From Oopsacas minuta (lineage: Eukaryota > Animalia > Porifera): 60,647 bases of DNA. The translations under genes and the position numbers were made by a program. A model generated the notes under the pieces. The model had not been told where the DNA came from. It ran no database searches and worked only from the letters and a program-made list of their open reading frames with translations. This document shows, in pieces, positions 26,530 through 38,925 of this stretch; the first letter of the stretch is position 1, and each line of letters opens with the position of its first letter. Location: NCBI GenBank assembly GCA_024704765.1, contig JAKMXF010000331.1:109703-170349 (forward strand). The letters run 5' to 3'.

Positions 26530-26779
26530 TATATACTAGCTAGAATGCTATATCCCTTTGTATTCAATCTATTGAATAGTAGGATATTTTATACCTCAAT
26601 ACTTGTTTAGAATGTTGATAAGCACTTGTTTAACAAAGAATTTGCCCTATAGAAGGAACAGCAAATTCCCTAAATTTATTGCGGTTACTCGGATTTGTAT
26701 ATCTTATAATTTTTTAAGTATTAACTATATATATATAATATAAGTGCAATGTATGTATTTTCCATGTATTACAAATAAC

Positions 26780-28726
26780 AAATGGTTTCTATTAAGATGA
26801 TGCGACCATAAAATATGAAAAAAAACAAGTTCACTTGGCAATACCAAGTGAAGTATCGTTTCTTTGTGATAGTTATCACATTGATAATCTCTATCGTGTC
26901 GGTCATTTGTGCTTCAATCGAATCCTTCAAGAAGGTTATCAAAAGAATCTGTTCGCCAACCACTCACACAGCTAGTTATATATAGAGCACTTAAATACTA
27001 CCAAATTGATTTCAAGTTAGAGCTTGTCAACACAACTAAGCCAAAAGTATTTCTTCAGGTTGTCGGTCTCGTCTAGTAAACCTAGAAAAAGGTAAATTAA
27101 CAACTGAAAAATGAGAAGATCATCGTACAAAAATTGAGATATTAACTAGTATTGAAGAGCAACAGTGTAGCATTCGCCGAACCATGAGGTGCAAAATGGT
27201 TAACCGCTGTTATGTTTGTCAGATCAATGTATCGTCTCTCAATAATTTCTTAAATAAACTCAAAGCCAATGGGACCTCGATTTTTTCCAGCGTTTTCAAT
27301 TATCCGAGTTCCGCAATAGCTGGAAAACAATTGGGGAAAGAGCAGAAGCCCGAGGTTACACAAGTAATGTGCTGCTAACTACGTTAAGGAAACTTTGCAG
27401 CAAGAAAGAAAGGATGTTTAATGCTCTATTAATAATTCTCCAATTGGTCTGGATCATCCTTACGACTCAAATAAACTAGCAATAACTACAATTGGCTACG
27501 AAGTTAGAGGCATTGTACTTAAGCAGTTGAGTGTTGAAACAGCAAGAGATTTGTAGAGGTTAGGTCATCCTGGTCTTGGGAATATTCTTAATGGGAACTA
27601 GGAAAAATTCTTCGGCCAGATGGAGATTCCTTTTCTGATGGCGGGATTAAACGTGCATGGGATGAAAATGGGAGATATTTTAAAGTATTTTTTACATCAA
27701 TTATCCTTTTGATATGAAGTTGATACCTATCCAACAGCCTACTCCTTTTGGATGCTATATCGACATCAACCATCTCCTCAACATTATTTTTTATTCTCAG
27801 TCAGATTGTATCACAAGATTGAAGCTTCAAATTGACGGAGGGAAAGATTTCCTGAAGATGTCATTCAATATTACATCAATGAGTCCTGTTAGCCTATATA
27901 CTCCGATTGCAAATAGCGTGCTTTCCAACTTTGTAGTTGCAATGGAAAACGCACCGAACAAGTATCATAATTTAAGGGAACTGTTTACATATCCATCTAT
28001 TCGCAAAATATTTCAATCTGGTTTCCCATACAAATTGTAGTGATTTTAAAGTGGCGACTCTACTTTGGTATTCATCAAGCAACTACCCTTACCCATTCTG
28101 TTTATGGCGAAATAGTACACTCTGTACAGGCATACCAGACAAAGCTAGGAAACCCCGAGATAGTATGGTGTCAAGGCAAAAAACGCCATAAAGTTATAAT
28201 TATCCAATCATTTACTGATCAGAGTCTTGAAAAAATAGCCCTTAGCTCCTTTGCATGTTCTTAGATATTCCATTTGCAAACAGCTCAAGTAAGTTCTTAA
28301 ATGCCATGAAACCTTGAAACAGGTAAAAGATAATTACCTAGGCAAGGTAAGAATACAGGATGGCGAGCAAGTATACAAGCATTTAGAGAAGCCTGGAATG
28401 ATACAAACTTATCATGGTCGCTAAAATCCCATATTCTGTCTGATCACCTACGAAGAATATTTCAATAATTTTGAAAGTTTACCTGATGACGATGCAGCAA
28501 TTAGTTCTGAATAGAGTGGCGAAATGCTTCACTCAAGAATAAATCAAGTATGGAATGATCGATTCACGGCAGTGAGCGACAATCCTTTATATCCTCAAGG
28601 TCTTGTAGATTGTATGGTCACCTACAATTACAACTGCAGTGGGATAATGCTACTAGGTCAACAACAAATAAAGAATTGAGTAGTAATACTGAAAGAGAAA
28701 GTGACGAGGATATACAATCCATGTAA
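26780..28726 (+). pseudogene. Chapaev/Transib-family transposase pseudogene (start approximate)
   Basis: RCYVCQ, KLQIDGGKDFLK (D1), DFKVATLL..GIHQ..YPYPFCLW (D2 plus Cys motif), LAPLHVLR, SWSLKSHILSDH..SSE*SGEMLHS (E). The motif order parallels the RAG1/Transib core. Several frameshifts. Confidence 0.65.
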
Positions 28727-29254
28727 ACGCAATAAATTTATGGAGTTTGCTATTCACTTCTATAGGGCAAATTCTTTGTTAAACAAGTGCTTTATCAACA
28801 TTCTAAACAAGTATTGAGGTATAAAATATCCTACTATTCAATAGATTGAATACAAAGAGATATAGCATTCTAGCTGGCATATAGACTAAAGAGCTAACAC
28901 TGTATTTTTCAAATGTTTGCAATATACATCACTATAGTTTATATTTCAGGTTTAACAATAACGAAGAGTTTAAAACTATATTATTGGAAATTTGAAATTT
29001 CTAGTTTACGGTATAATGTCCGGACATGATAGGTACTTAGTTTATACGAGCTTATGTAATGCAAAATGGATGTCTCATGTTTTAAATTGATATTGTATAT
29101 TCTAAGGGTTGTGATAAACACACAGAGATATAAAATCGCAATTCAAAAGTTGATTGTTGAGTGCATCACCAAATGTGAAATAGTCAAAACCCAACATTTG
29201 GACAAGATTTATCAATGATGGTAATTTTCTACATTTTTCGTAAAGGATTTACAC

Positions 29255-29990
29255 TTGTGGGATATGTTTTACATGAACAAGGAAGCTTTAATTAAGAAGC
29301 ACGTACATCTACTTAACCCGGAACAAGTAGTTCTCGCTATCCATTGTATCATCCACCAAGAAGCTTTGTGTGGAAAATCCCTGAATATGGTCCATGCGAT
29401 CGATGCAGTTGTAAAGGTTGTAAAGGAAATCTGTGCCAAAGGATTGAACACATCGTCAATTTCAGGCATCCCTGGAAGAACTGGACACAGAATATAAAGA
29501 CCTCTACTACTGACAAGTTCGCTGGATTAGCAGAGGAAAAGTATTTGAGAAATTCTTTGTATTGCGCGAAGAGATATTGTTGTTTTGATGAAGAGAATCC
29601 TAAGCTGAAAGAGAAAGGTGGCTACCTGATAACTAATCATATGTCTGGTTAACATTGGCTGCTAAATCTTGAAGTTGAATTCGACCCCACCCAACACCTT
29701 AATATGCTCAATACGAAGATGCAAGGACGCAATCAACTCCTCACTGTTCTCTTGGAACATGTTAGTGCCTTCCAAACTAAGATAACTGTATTCAGGGATC
29801 AATTTGGGCAAGAAAAATTGATCCATTTCAGAAGCATGAGTTCATTATTGAAGAAGATAAAAATGGAACCTACCACTTACAAATGATATATGGATCTTCT
29901 GGATGAAAGTCTTTGGGCTGATGGAGAATTTCAAGAAGAGATTTCATGATCGTTTTCGCGACCCGTTCTCAATTTGCCTGAACAAAATAA
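29255..29990 (+). mobile_element. hAT (GTF2IRD2/SPIN-like) transposase fragment
   Basis: IHCIIHQEALCGKSLNM..VVKVV..AKGLN, VRWISRGKVF, LNTKMQGRNQL..FQTKI; no ends found. Confidence 0.8.
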
Positions 29991-31289
29991 TTATTGACTA
30001 TACCAATATTATACGAATGAGAAATGGTTAAATTAAACTTAACCTATTGCCTGTGTAAGTTCTGAAAACCTGGAATTGTCCCTTAGATTATTAAGGTTTG
30101 ACACCAATGGTTGAAGATATCAATAAGGTGTGATAAATTTCCGGGCGACAAGCCCACACCCTTAGTATGATATGGCGAAGAGTAAAGAAAAAGTCAAATT
30201 AAAATTGATATAATTTATAAAAATTCAGATATTAGAAGGTAAATAATGTTAATCCGAATATAAAAAGATAGGGTCATTCTGATTACAGATCAATCGCATC
30301 AAAACACTTCCCTATGAAATTAAGAAATTCACTTAGATTAAAAAGTGATGATCCCTTTACATTTATAAATTTCACCACTTTCAAATTTCATATTATTCTA
30401 CCATATTTTCCAATCTTCGATATTCAACATTTTGTGTCGTTTATATTTTTGCATTCCGGGATGTGGGAAGCTAAAAAATTGCTATACTAGGTATTTGCTT
30501 CCTTAATTTCTCGAGTTTCTCTCAAAATCAGTGTAACAATCTTCATTTATAAACTATAGATGCCTCAAAAGTCAATTTTACACAAACATAATTGATTTTT
30601 CCAATTTGTACTCCCCCTAGCGTTAAGGTTATTGATTTATATAAACCTAAACTCTGGTTTTGTACAATCTATGCTCTGATATATCATCACAATACATTTG
30701 GAAATAGTCAGTAATGGGTTTATATTTGTTCACTCATGATATTGGTGAACAAATATGAGTGCTCTACAAAATACAGAATTACTCCACATTTAGGATAATG
30801 ACCATGTGGGTAATTATCTATATATTTGAAACATATTTCAAAGATTCATGCACAACAGACCAATATATGTACCAAATTTCAAATTTTGTCTCATTAAGCC
30901 TCCTCACTGCCATATTTCCGGTATCATGGATTAATTCAAGGCTATCAAATTTGGTAGGCTATCTAAATATTCTCGATTATATCGAATTGATACATTTTGG
31001 CTCAAATATATGTATACTTGACAGTTAAAAATCAAAACAAGCCATGTCACGCAACTATTCACAGTTTGAAATAACGTCACCTGTTTGGCGTCTTCGATTT
31101 CAGGATTAAGATCAAGTGATCAAAGGATGTTTATGCATAAAATGATAATAAAGTTGTTACGTTATTGAGTTATATTCGATACCATGAATCACCGACGTAA
31201 ACTTCGTCAAAACACACGGTGCCACCGCACTTTGTTCATTCCCTGGTTATATATTTATCTGAATAAATGACAAGAGACAGTACCTTGGC

Positions 31290-31740
31290 TAACCTTCCAG
31301 ACTTAGCAGCTTTGCTCAGGATGTATTTGACTCTTCCATCTACCTCTTGTGAAGCCGAAAGAAGTTTTTCTGTGTTTTGACGCCTGAAGAACTATATGAG
31401 GACGAAGATGAGTAAAACAGGCTGAACTATTTGTGCATATTGTCTGTATACAAGAACATCGTCGATACACTTGAGCAATCACAGCTTGTTGATGAATTCT
31501 TAATAAGGATGAGCAACGTGGCAAGATTTGATCTTGGGATGACAACAGACACTAAAACTAAGAAACCTTAATTGTTTAATTTTTTGTTAAGAGTAAATTT
31601 TCCGCTCGCCACCTGCTAAATTGAGTTTATGGTGTTAGTTCAGTTTGAAAATGCCAGGGTGCCAGACACCTTTGGGCACCATGGCATCACAGCCGCCAGG
31701 CTGCTAGGCACCCGCCGCACACTCCTAGTTTACGCCCCTG
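31290..31740 (+). mobile_element. hAT (Tip100/ZMYM1-like) 3' fragment
   Basis: STSCEAERSFSV..LKNYMRTKM...LNYLCILSVYK; ends in TTTACGCCCCTG at 31740. Confidence 0.7.
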
Positions 31741-32945
31741 CCATGGATAGCACATTTTTGGGCAAAATCCACATATTAATCGATTGTCGCGAGAGTTGTA
31801 GTCAAAACAGTCCAGCCAATTTGTACACCTACCAAATTCCCATACCCTTGTAATATATCTTGATACGATATCTCTAGTACTATTGTATAATCTGGATAAT
31901 GACCAAATACGGGGATATTCACGATTATTTCACACCGCTTAGAGAAATCGTATCAGTGTATTACAATTGTACGGGAAGTTGAGTATCTTGTACATATTGG
32001 CTGGACTGATTTGACAAAAGCTCTCGAGACAATCGAGTTCTAAGTGGATATAGGCCAAAAATGTGCCATCCATGGAATTGAATATAACTCAATGACTGAT
32101 TAAACATCTTTAGATCACTTGATATTAATCCTGAAATAAAATATGCACTAGTGATCGTTTATCAGAGCTTGAAAAGTCTCTAAACTAGTAGATCGTAATA
32201 CGGAAGTGATTAATTTCAAATTACGAGGTAATTAAGAGATTAGCAAGGTAAGATTATTAAAGAAGAATTAATACCCGAAATTCCCTGAAAATGCTCGAAA
32301 TAACCTGAAATGAGGTAAAATGACCTGAAAATGACGTAGAATGACTGAAATGATTTGATTAAGGTCAGGTCAAAGTCAGGCACGATTAGGTTCAGGTCAG
32401 GTCGGGTCATGACCTGATCTTTGACTAGCCTGTTAGTAATATATTTTGATGTGCTCAATTTCCACAATCATTTCATATATTAACTTGGTGTCAATGAATG
32501 TACTAATAGCAAACATACGTAAAAGACATATTTTTGCACAATTATGAAATTTTCAGCCTATAATACTCGATTTTTTCTTGTCCTACAAATGTGAGATAAT
32601 TTTACCGGGAATAAAAACCCCTTGGGGGTAGTAATATAAGTCTTATACCTGCAAAACTTATCACAGGAATACACATTTACCAGAGGAAGTGCTTTTATCC
32701 AGTGTGTCTAATAGCGAACCACTGTATAGTTAGGATGGAACAAAGGGTCTATCTTTGCAGACTTGGTACAGTATATATATGCTAAAATGACCATTGCTGC
32801 TACGAGCCTTACGACAGATGCTGTTGAAAAATACAAACATGAACAAAATATATTTAGGGGCAAAACAGCTTCACGAAAAAGTTAGATATAGATATATATA
32901 TTTATACTTTAGAGAGAATTGAAGAATATCCAAACAAAAATGGAT

Positions 32946-34019
32946 TTAGTGCGTAAGAAGTATATTTACTGCTAGATCTATATCACCATTAGATAAAGAC
33001 AAAGCTTTCAATATCTTATTACGGTCAGTAAATCCCATATTTAGAAGGATGTCCATTTGAATAGAAAATCTTTGCTCCAGTTGATCAAAGTCGAGGATCT
33101 CAGAAGAATTTATAGTCGGATGATGCAAAGTTGGATTTGGAACACCTTGACTGTGTAAATTTCTAGTGGGGGAGAATTGTTGGGATTGATCATTAAACAT
33201 CCGGCTAGAAAACTCGGTAAGATCTGAATTATGATAATTAAATTGCCTCCGAGAAGAATTACCCAAACCCAATTGGTTACCTTGTGGGTTCGTAGATTCC
33301 CATGGATTTCTAAGGGGTCTCCTATTTTCGGCGTTAATGGAATGTTGTGAAGACAGAAATTGAGTAGCATTAACATCATTATAATCATTTGGTATTATAT
33401 CCTCAAATACGTCTTGTAAAGGTTCCTGAATATCTTTATACAAACGTTCCAGGGCGGAATAACCGCCAGGCAAGCTCTCAATATTACGCAATTCTTGGTC
33501 ATGTCTCATCATAAAATCGTTCAATCGAGAAGGATTAGTCATTAGCTGTTGTAGTAATTCATTAGTATCAGGGTTAGACAATGCAGAATTTATCTCAGGA
33601 TGAGATTCAATAAAATTTTGAAACAGCGGTACATTATCTGAAAAATTTTGAAGAAAATTAGAAGGCAAGAAATCGTAATCAGATCGTAAGAGAGATTCAG
33701 GTTGCAGTGCCTTTGATTCACAACAATTTACAAAACAATGCACCTTCATGAAACATGAATTGAATAAATACTGATGAATACTAGAAGAAAAATTCATACG
33801 ATGGCCTCTACAAAATAGAGATACTTCATTAAAATGTGAAGAGACTATATTTTTCAAATCATATTCTATGTACGAAAATAAGGAGCGTAAAGTTAACTGA
33901 GAGCGGATCAAGTAATAACGCTTAGATGAAGAAGATTGTCCAAGTGATGAATAATAAATTATGAACTCTATTAACACCGGAAAATGAGGATTGTGGTGAT
34001 TGCTATTATCAATTTCCAT
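32946..34019 (-). CDS. UBQLN: Ubiquilin-like protein, single exon, 357 aa (degenerate UBL, STI1 region, UBA)
   Basis: LRNIESLPGGYSALERLYKDIQEP and ENRRPLRNPW are ubiquilin signatures; C-terminal UBA EQRFSIQMDILLNMGF..ALSLSNGDIDLAVNILL; uninterrupted ATG-to-TAA ORF. Confidence 0.88.
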   Translation of the reverse strand: MEIDNSNHHNPHFPVLIEFIIYYSSLGQSSSSKRYYLIRSQLTLRSLFSYIEYDLKNIVSSHFNEVSLFCRGHRMNFSSSIHQYLFNSCFMKVHCFVNCCESKALQPESLLRSDYDFLPSNFLQNFSDNVPLFQNFIESHPEINSALSNPDTNELLQQLMTNPSRLNDFMMRHDQELRNIESLPGGYSALERLYKDIQEPLQDVFEDIIPNDYNDVNATQFLSSQHSINAENRRPLRNPWESTNPQGNQLGLGNSSRRQFNYHNSDLTEFSSRMFNDQSQQFSPTRNLHSQGVPNPTLHHPTINSSEILDFDQLEQRFSIQMDILLNMGFTDRNKILKALSLSNGDIDLAVNILLTH

Positions 34020-35090
34020 ATTTCAATGTAATAGAAAGGGATCAGATTGAAAAAGTTGAATTACAAGGCTACAAAATTGCAAAATTATGAGAACCAAATA
34101 AATCTAATAGGATAAGTAAGTGTATACAGTCATTGTATCATGTAGATCACTGGGCATACAAAGAAAAATTCATCAAAAAAGGACCTCAAAATCTAAAATT
34201 ACAATATATGCAGACAGTTTAGGTTGCTAGGACTTTTATATATGTACAGCTAACTAGGAGGGACTTTGGAATTAAATTACTCTTTCATTATATCTATCAA
34301 ATACAGAAAGTTATTAATTTCATGTCAATTCACCAAAAGTTTTTAGGAAAATAAACACAATCGCTATCATTTTACCCTCCTAATGGTAATGGCTCTGAGT
34401 TTCGAAAGTTTATCTGGTATTATTTTGTTACATACTTTTCCTAAATTTACATTTTAGAATTTTGTATTATTTGGGTGTAAATTTTATATTCCTGTTTATG
34501 TTGATTCATCTCACGAAAACAGTTTCACCCATGTATTTCCCTAATATTTGAGTTTGTAGATTATCGTATTGCAATTTGACCATAAATTTCACTTATTCTC
34601 CTTCTTAGCCATTTTTATTGGTCAATTTTCGAATAGTGTATTTTGATTCATCTATATAATTAAATTGATGTTTGTATGTTAGTTTGTCAGTTTGTCCGTT
34701 GTCAAAACAGGAATGATGGTATGTTATTCCGAGATGTCACATAGCTCTATGAAGTGCTCCCTCTAAGGAATCCTGACCTAATCCTAAAATTTTTACATTT
34801 TGACTGATTTCCACACGAATTTAGAGGGAGTTGCCACACGAAATTTGGGAAGTTTGTCTATAGATAAAGGCCATATTATTGCCTATAACAAGCAAGGCTT
34901 TAGATTGAAACCCCTAGATTAGCTTAATCTATTTGGTTAGAAAGCAATTTGTCCTAACTGATACTACCTAGGTATATTAATTTAACATTACGCAATCTGG
35001 AACTAACTCATTTTCCAGACTCATAGTAATTACAAATCAAAAATTCATGTGAATTCATAATCAGTATAGGCTATAGGGTACTCTAACATA

Positions 35091-35272
35091 CAGTGAAACT
35101 TCGTTACACAAACTCATTTAATACGAATTTTTGGTTAAGACGAATACAATTTTACACAATTTTAGTCCGTACAATGGATATTCAATTGTTTTTACTCAGG
35201 TTAATACGTACTCCGGATAAGGAGTACAAATCTAGACGGTCTCTTGATGCACGTATTAACGAGGTTCTAATG
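35091..35272. mobile_element. pogo-like MITE
   Basis: TA|CAGTGAAACTTCGTTA...TAACGAGGTTCTAATG|TA (imperfect TIRs). Confidence 0.6.
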
Positions 35273-38029
35273 TATATATTTACGATCGATCAATGCGATC
35301 AATTTGCTTGAATGTACTAGAATCTCTTAATGCAGTCTCGAAATTAGTATATGGGTCAATAATGAATATTTTTGAGAATATATTTTATTCATAAAAATTT
35401 TGAGGTTTCTTGTAAATTAAATTACCAATTTCAAAGCCTTATGGCACCTAGGATGGCGTGAAATTGATAAGTCACGCATATTTAGAAAGTATCTTTTGAA
35501 AAAATTCAATTTCGGCCCTTGTCGAGGTCCTATCCCCCTAAAGAACTTACTATATAACGAAGTGTATATTATTGACTACATCTTGTACTGCGAGGTAAAT
35601 ACAATGCATATGACAGTGAGTACGCAAATCACCTGGAGTTTTTCTGATATGCGGACACCAACACCGTTCAAATGGTCAGACACTTTAATTTGGTGTCATG
35701 TCAGCATCCACAACTCGCAGACAAATGATAAGTTGTTAGACCCGAGATATGTCAGATGTCTCATCAACAATCAATCCATAATAGCAGTCACGAACTTTGG
35801 CTGCGAAATTTCTTTTGATTAGCCATCATATTTAAAATCAATGGGAAATGTTAAATTTCATGGCAGATTAAGAATATTCTGCATGAATAGTTGTTTTTCG
35901 GGGTTGGCATCTTCTTCATGAAGAATATCACCATACATATTAGTTGAGAGGGTTACCATTCAAAGAATATCAAATATAATAAGCATAATGTTGTAGAGAA
36001 AGACTTAAAGTGCTATATGACTCTGGGTCCGGGCCAGATATTCTAACTTTTACGCCTTATTTAGACGCCAAGTTGGTTTCTATCCTGAGGACAAATTTTC
36101 TAGTGACGGCCCCCGTTGTAGTGTTTGAATCCTGAAGGGCATATTTTAGAAAATGTGGCAAGAAGGTAGACAATTATATCTAAGAATTTTGGACTAAAAT
36201 TTGTTGATAATTTATGGCCTTGAATGTTATATATTAATTACCCCCTTCCAAAATTTGCACGATAAACATGTACGACGATGGGATTGGTGCCAGGCAAGGG
36301 AACCGGAAGGTGATTTCACTTTTACTGTGAAAAAATGTTCTGTATATTTCTGATAATTTTATTCAAAAGGTATCATTATCAATAAACAAAAGAATAGCGA
36401 GGATTAAGCTAAACCCGCGCAAAATTTTTGAATTACTATAGTTTATATTCACGAATTAAATACTAAATACTATTAATGAGACGGGACACAAAATTTCTCC
36501 ACTTTTGTTCATCCATTCCAACATCATATTTTATAACACCTTTTATGTCAGATAATCTGACGTTGTCCCCGTAGTATTCGGTCAACAGTTAATAGTTTGG
36601 ATTTTTCCACCCCAATGACCTAAATTTAGCCCCGCCAAAAGAATTACTGTGAAATAACATGTGGTTATACATACTTGTGAGTGTATTTACTCTTTAGTTT
36701 AGAACGACAACGAAATTTAGTCAGACACATATAAATAATGAGAAAAAACATATCATAGAATCACATGTTAATGCCAAGATTAGCCCTTACAGAGCAGTTT
36801 CTTATATTTTATGAATTAAACACATACTATAGTCTAAAAATCCTCGAAGTTTGTAAATGTGTTTTTGCTTTTTTTAGATTTATGATGATTTTGGCAATTT
36901 GCCCATTTTGTGAATTGATTCTATAAAATTGTGACTTGATGGGGTATAATGGAATTCTGCTTTTCTTTAGCTATTATTCCTTACCAAAACATATTCTAAG
37001 CTATCATCGTTGTGATCTTCTCATAATACAATAGCATGGGGATATATTAGTGGAAACTCGGATTTAACGAAAATTTCACCACGTTATTTATTCATTTTTA
37101 TAACTCATGGGTTTCAAAACTCATATACTATCAAACCATAAATATTAAATCTAATAAATATTTATGAAACGCACTAAACTGTATGAATGTATATTTTTAC
37201 ACAGATTTTGGCTTTCCTAAAAGATTTCTTTGCATCGATTTACTAAATGCAAATAATTTCAAACACAATGGTACTACCTCATGCCTATTTCCCCTAAAGT
37301 GCCTCTTTTTGCCCGCTGTGTACAAATGTTTCTTCATAACCCACCAAATTCGACAAATTATTACGAATGCATTTTTCAAGAATTTTTTGCCAAGTTCGAA
37401 ACCATTATAGAAAATATGGTAGTCGAAGGATCTACAGGGTTAGGTATAGATCCGATAACATTACCACCTTAAAAGCTAAGATCACTTCGGATATGCACTT
37501 CATCCATTTTAATAATTATGTAAAGTAGTCATTCTCGAATCTGATAGAATTTTAATTTTCAATATATTCCTTTAGTGTGGTAGGATTAAGCACTTTGAAG
37601 ATTGGAAAAGTCGGTAACTAGCAGGAGATGCCCATAAACTTTCAAAACCCCGAGTGAGTATATTATAACGGCTGTGATCTTTATTGGAAATTCAATTTCC
37701 AGTTGGTCAAAAAGGAAATTATGCCGAATTTTCATTGGACTATTGCAAATATCAGTTTCAATATACTCTACAGTCTACATCATCAAAACTTGATTATAGA
37801 GCAATTGCCCAGTTTATTTCATCTGTCGCGATTCCTACATGAGTTTGTACTAAAGTGCTATCGTCGGGAATATTCGGTTGTAATATATAACCATAGCATT
37901 CTATACACTAAGGCAATAGTGCTAATTAATGGACTTGGGCCAGGGATTGGGTAAGTCAGTTCTAATAAAATAATGGAGATATATTAGTTGCGATAAAATT
38001 TAAACCGTACATTTTGGCCAGAATATATA

Positions 38030-38925
38030 CAGTCAGGGGACAAAAGTATTCGAACACACAAATATATTGTCATAAATTGTATACTCTTTCCGCTCCTATA
38101 TATTGTGTAGTCTATATTCATAGCTGCAATCTAGTAATTTGCATAGAATAACATATGTTTTTCAAGAATTTCAAAGAAATATTCTCGATTTACACTTTTT
38201 GAATGTGTTAATTATTAATAATCATTAGATAATTATTGATAATCAAAATATGTGGTAATTCAAAGCCTATTAAGAATCTATAATTTCTGACTTGATATTT
38301 GAATTCTACGTAGGCGAGTTATCCCACATTGAAATTTCCAATCGGATTGAACAATTTTTACCAAAGTTATAGAAGAATTTCAATTTGTCCCACTTGTGCC
38401 ACTTTTTGAAAAAAGTGGCACAGGTGGCAGGAAAAAGCGCCACTACAAGGGAATCAACTAGGGTTAGCAGGAATAAATCAAAGTAATATTTTCGAATGAT
38501 ATGACTATGCTAACCCTTGAATTCCAAAATAACCTCTTGGTAGCGGCCACTTGTGCCACCTTGGGCAAAAGGTGGCACAAATGACACAAATAGAAATTCA
38601 TCTATAACTCTGGTAAAAATTGTTCAATCTGGGGTAACTCGCCTACGTAGAATTCAAATATCAAGTCAGAAATTATAGATTCTTAATAGGTTTTGAATTA
38701 CCACATATTTTGATTATCAATAATTATCTAATAATTATTAATAATTAACACCTTCAAAAAGTGTAAATCGAAAATATTTTTTTGAAATTCTTGAAAAACA
38801 TGTTATTCTATGCAAATTACTAGATTGCAGCTATGAATATAGACTCCACAATTTATAGGAGCTGGAGAGAGGATATAATTTATGACAATATATTTGTGTG
38901 TTCGAATACTTTTGTCCCCTGACTG
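38030..38925. mobile_element. Tc1-type foldback element (~350-bp arms), copy 1
   Basis: TA|CAGTCAGGGGACAAAAGTATTCGAACAC...GTGTTCGAATACTTTTGTCCCCTGACTG|TA. Confidence 0.9.

Larger units (their letters stand above)
23461..28902 (+). mobile_element. Chapaev/Transib-like (RAG1-core-related) DNA transposon with ~180-bp TIRs, left TIR split by Ginger2
   Basis: 23461-23483 plus 26534-26688 is the reverse complement of 28723-28902; TA on both flanks. Confidence 0.8.

Noticed and set aside
4264-28902. RAG1-like plus beta-propeller gene as a ProtoRAG-like pair
   Set aside because: The propeller exons are clearly EML WD40/HELP, not RAG2 kelch, and lie 10-19 kb outside the element's TIRs.
28880-28904. 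RSS-like heptamer (TACAGTG on the minus strand) at the Transib-like end
   Set aside because: One mismatch at the critical first C, the left end reads TACAATA, and there is no nonamer at 12 or 23 bp.
37183-37472. Short ORFs with a possible transposase flavour (ARCVQMF..FAKFE)
   Set aside because: No catalytic motif or element ends that I could support.
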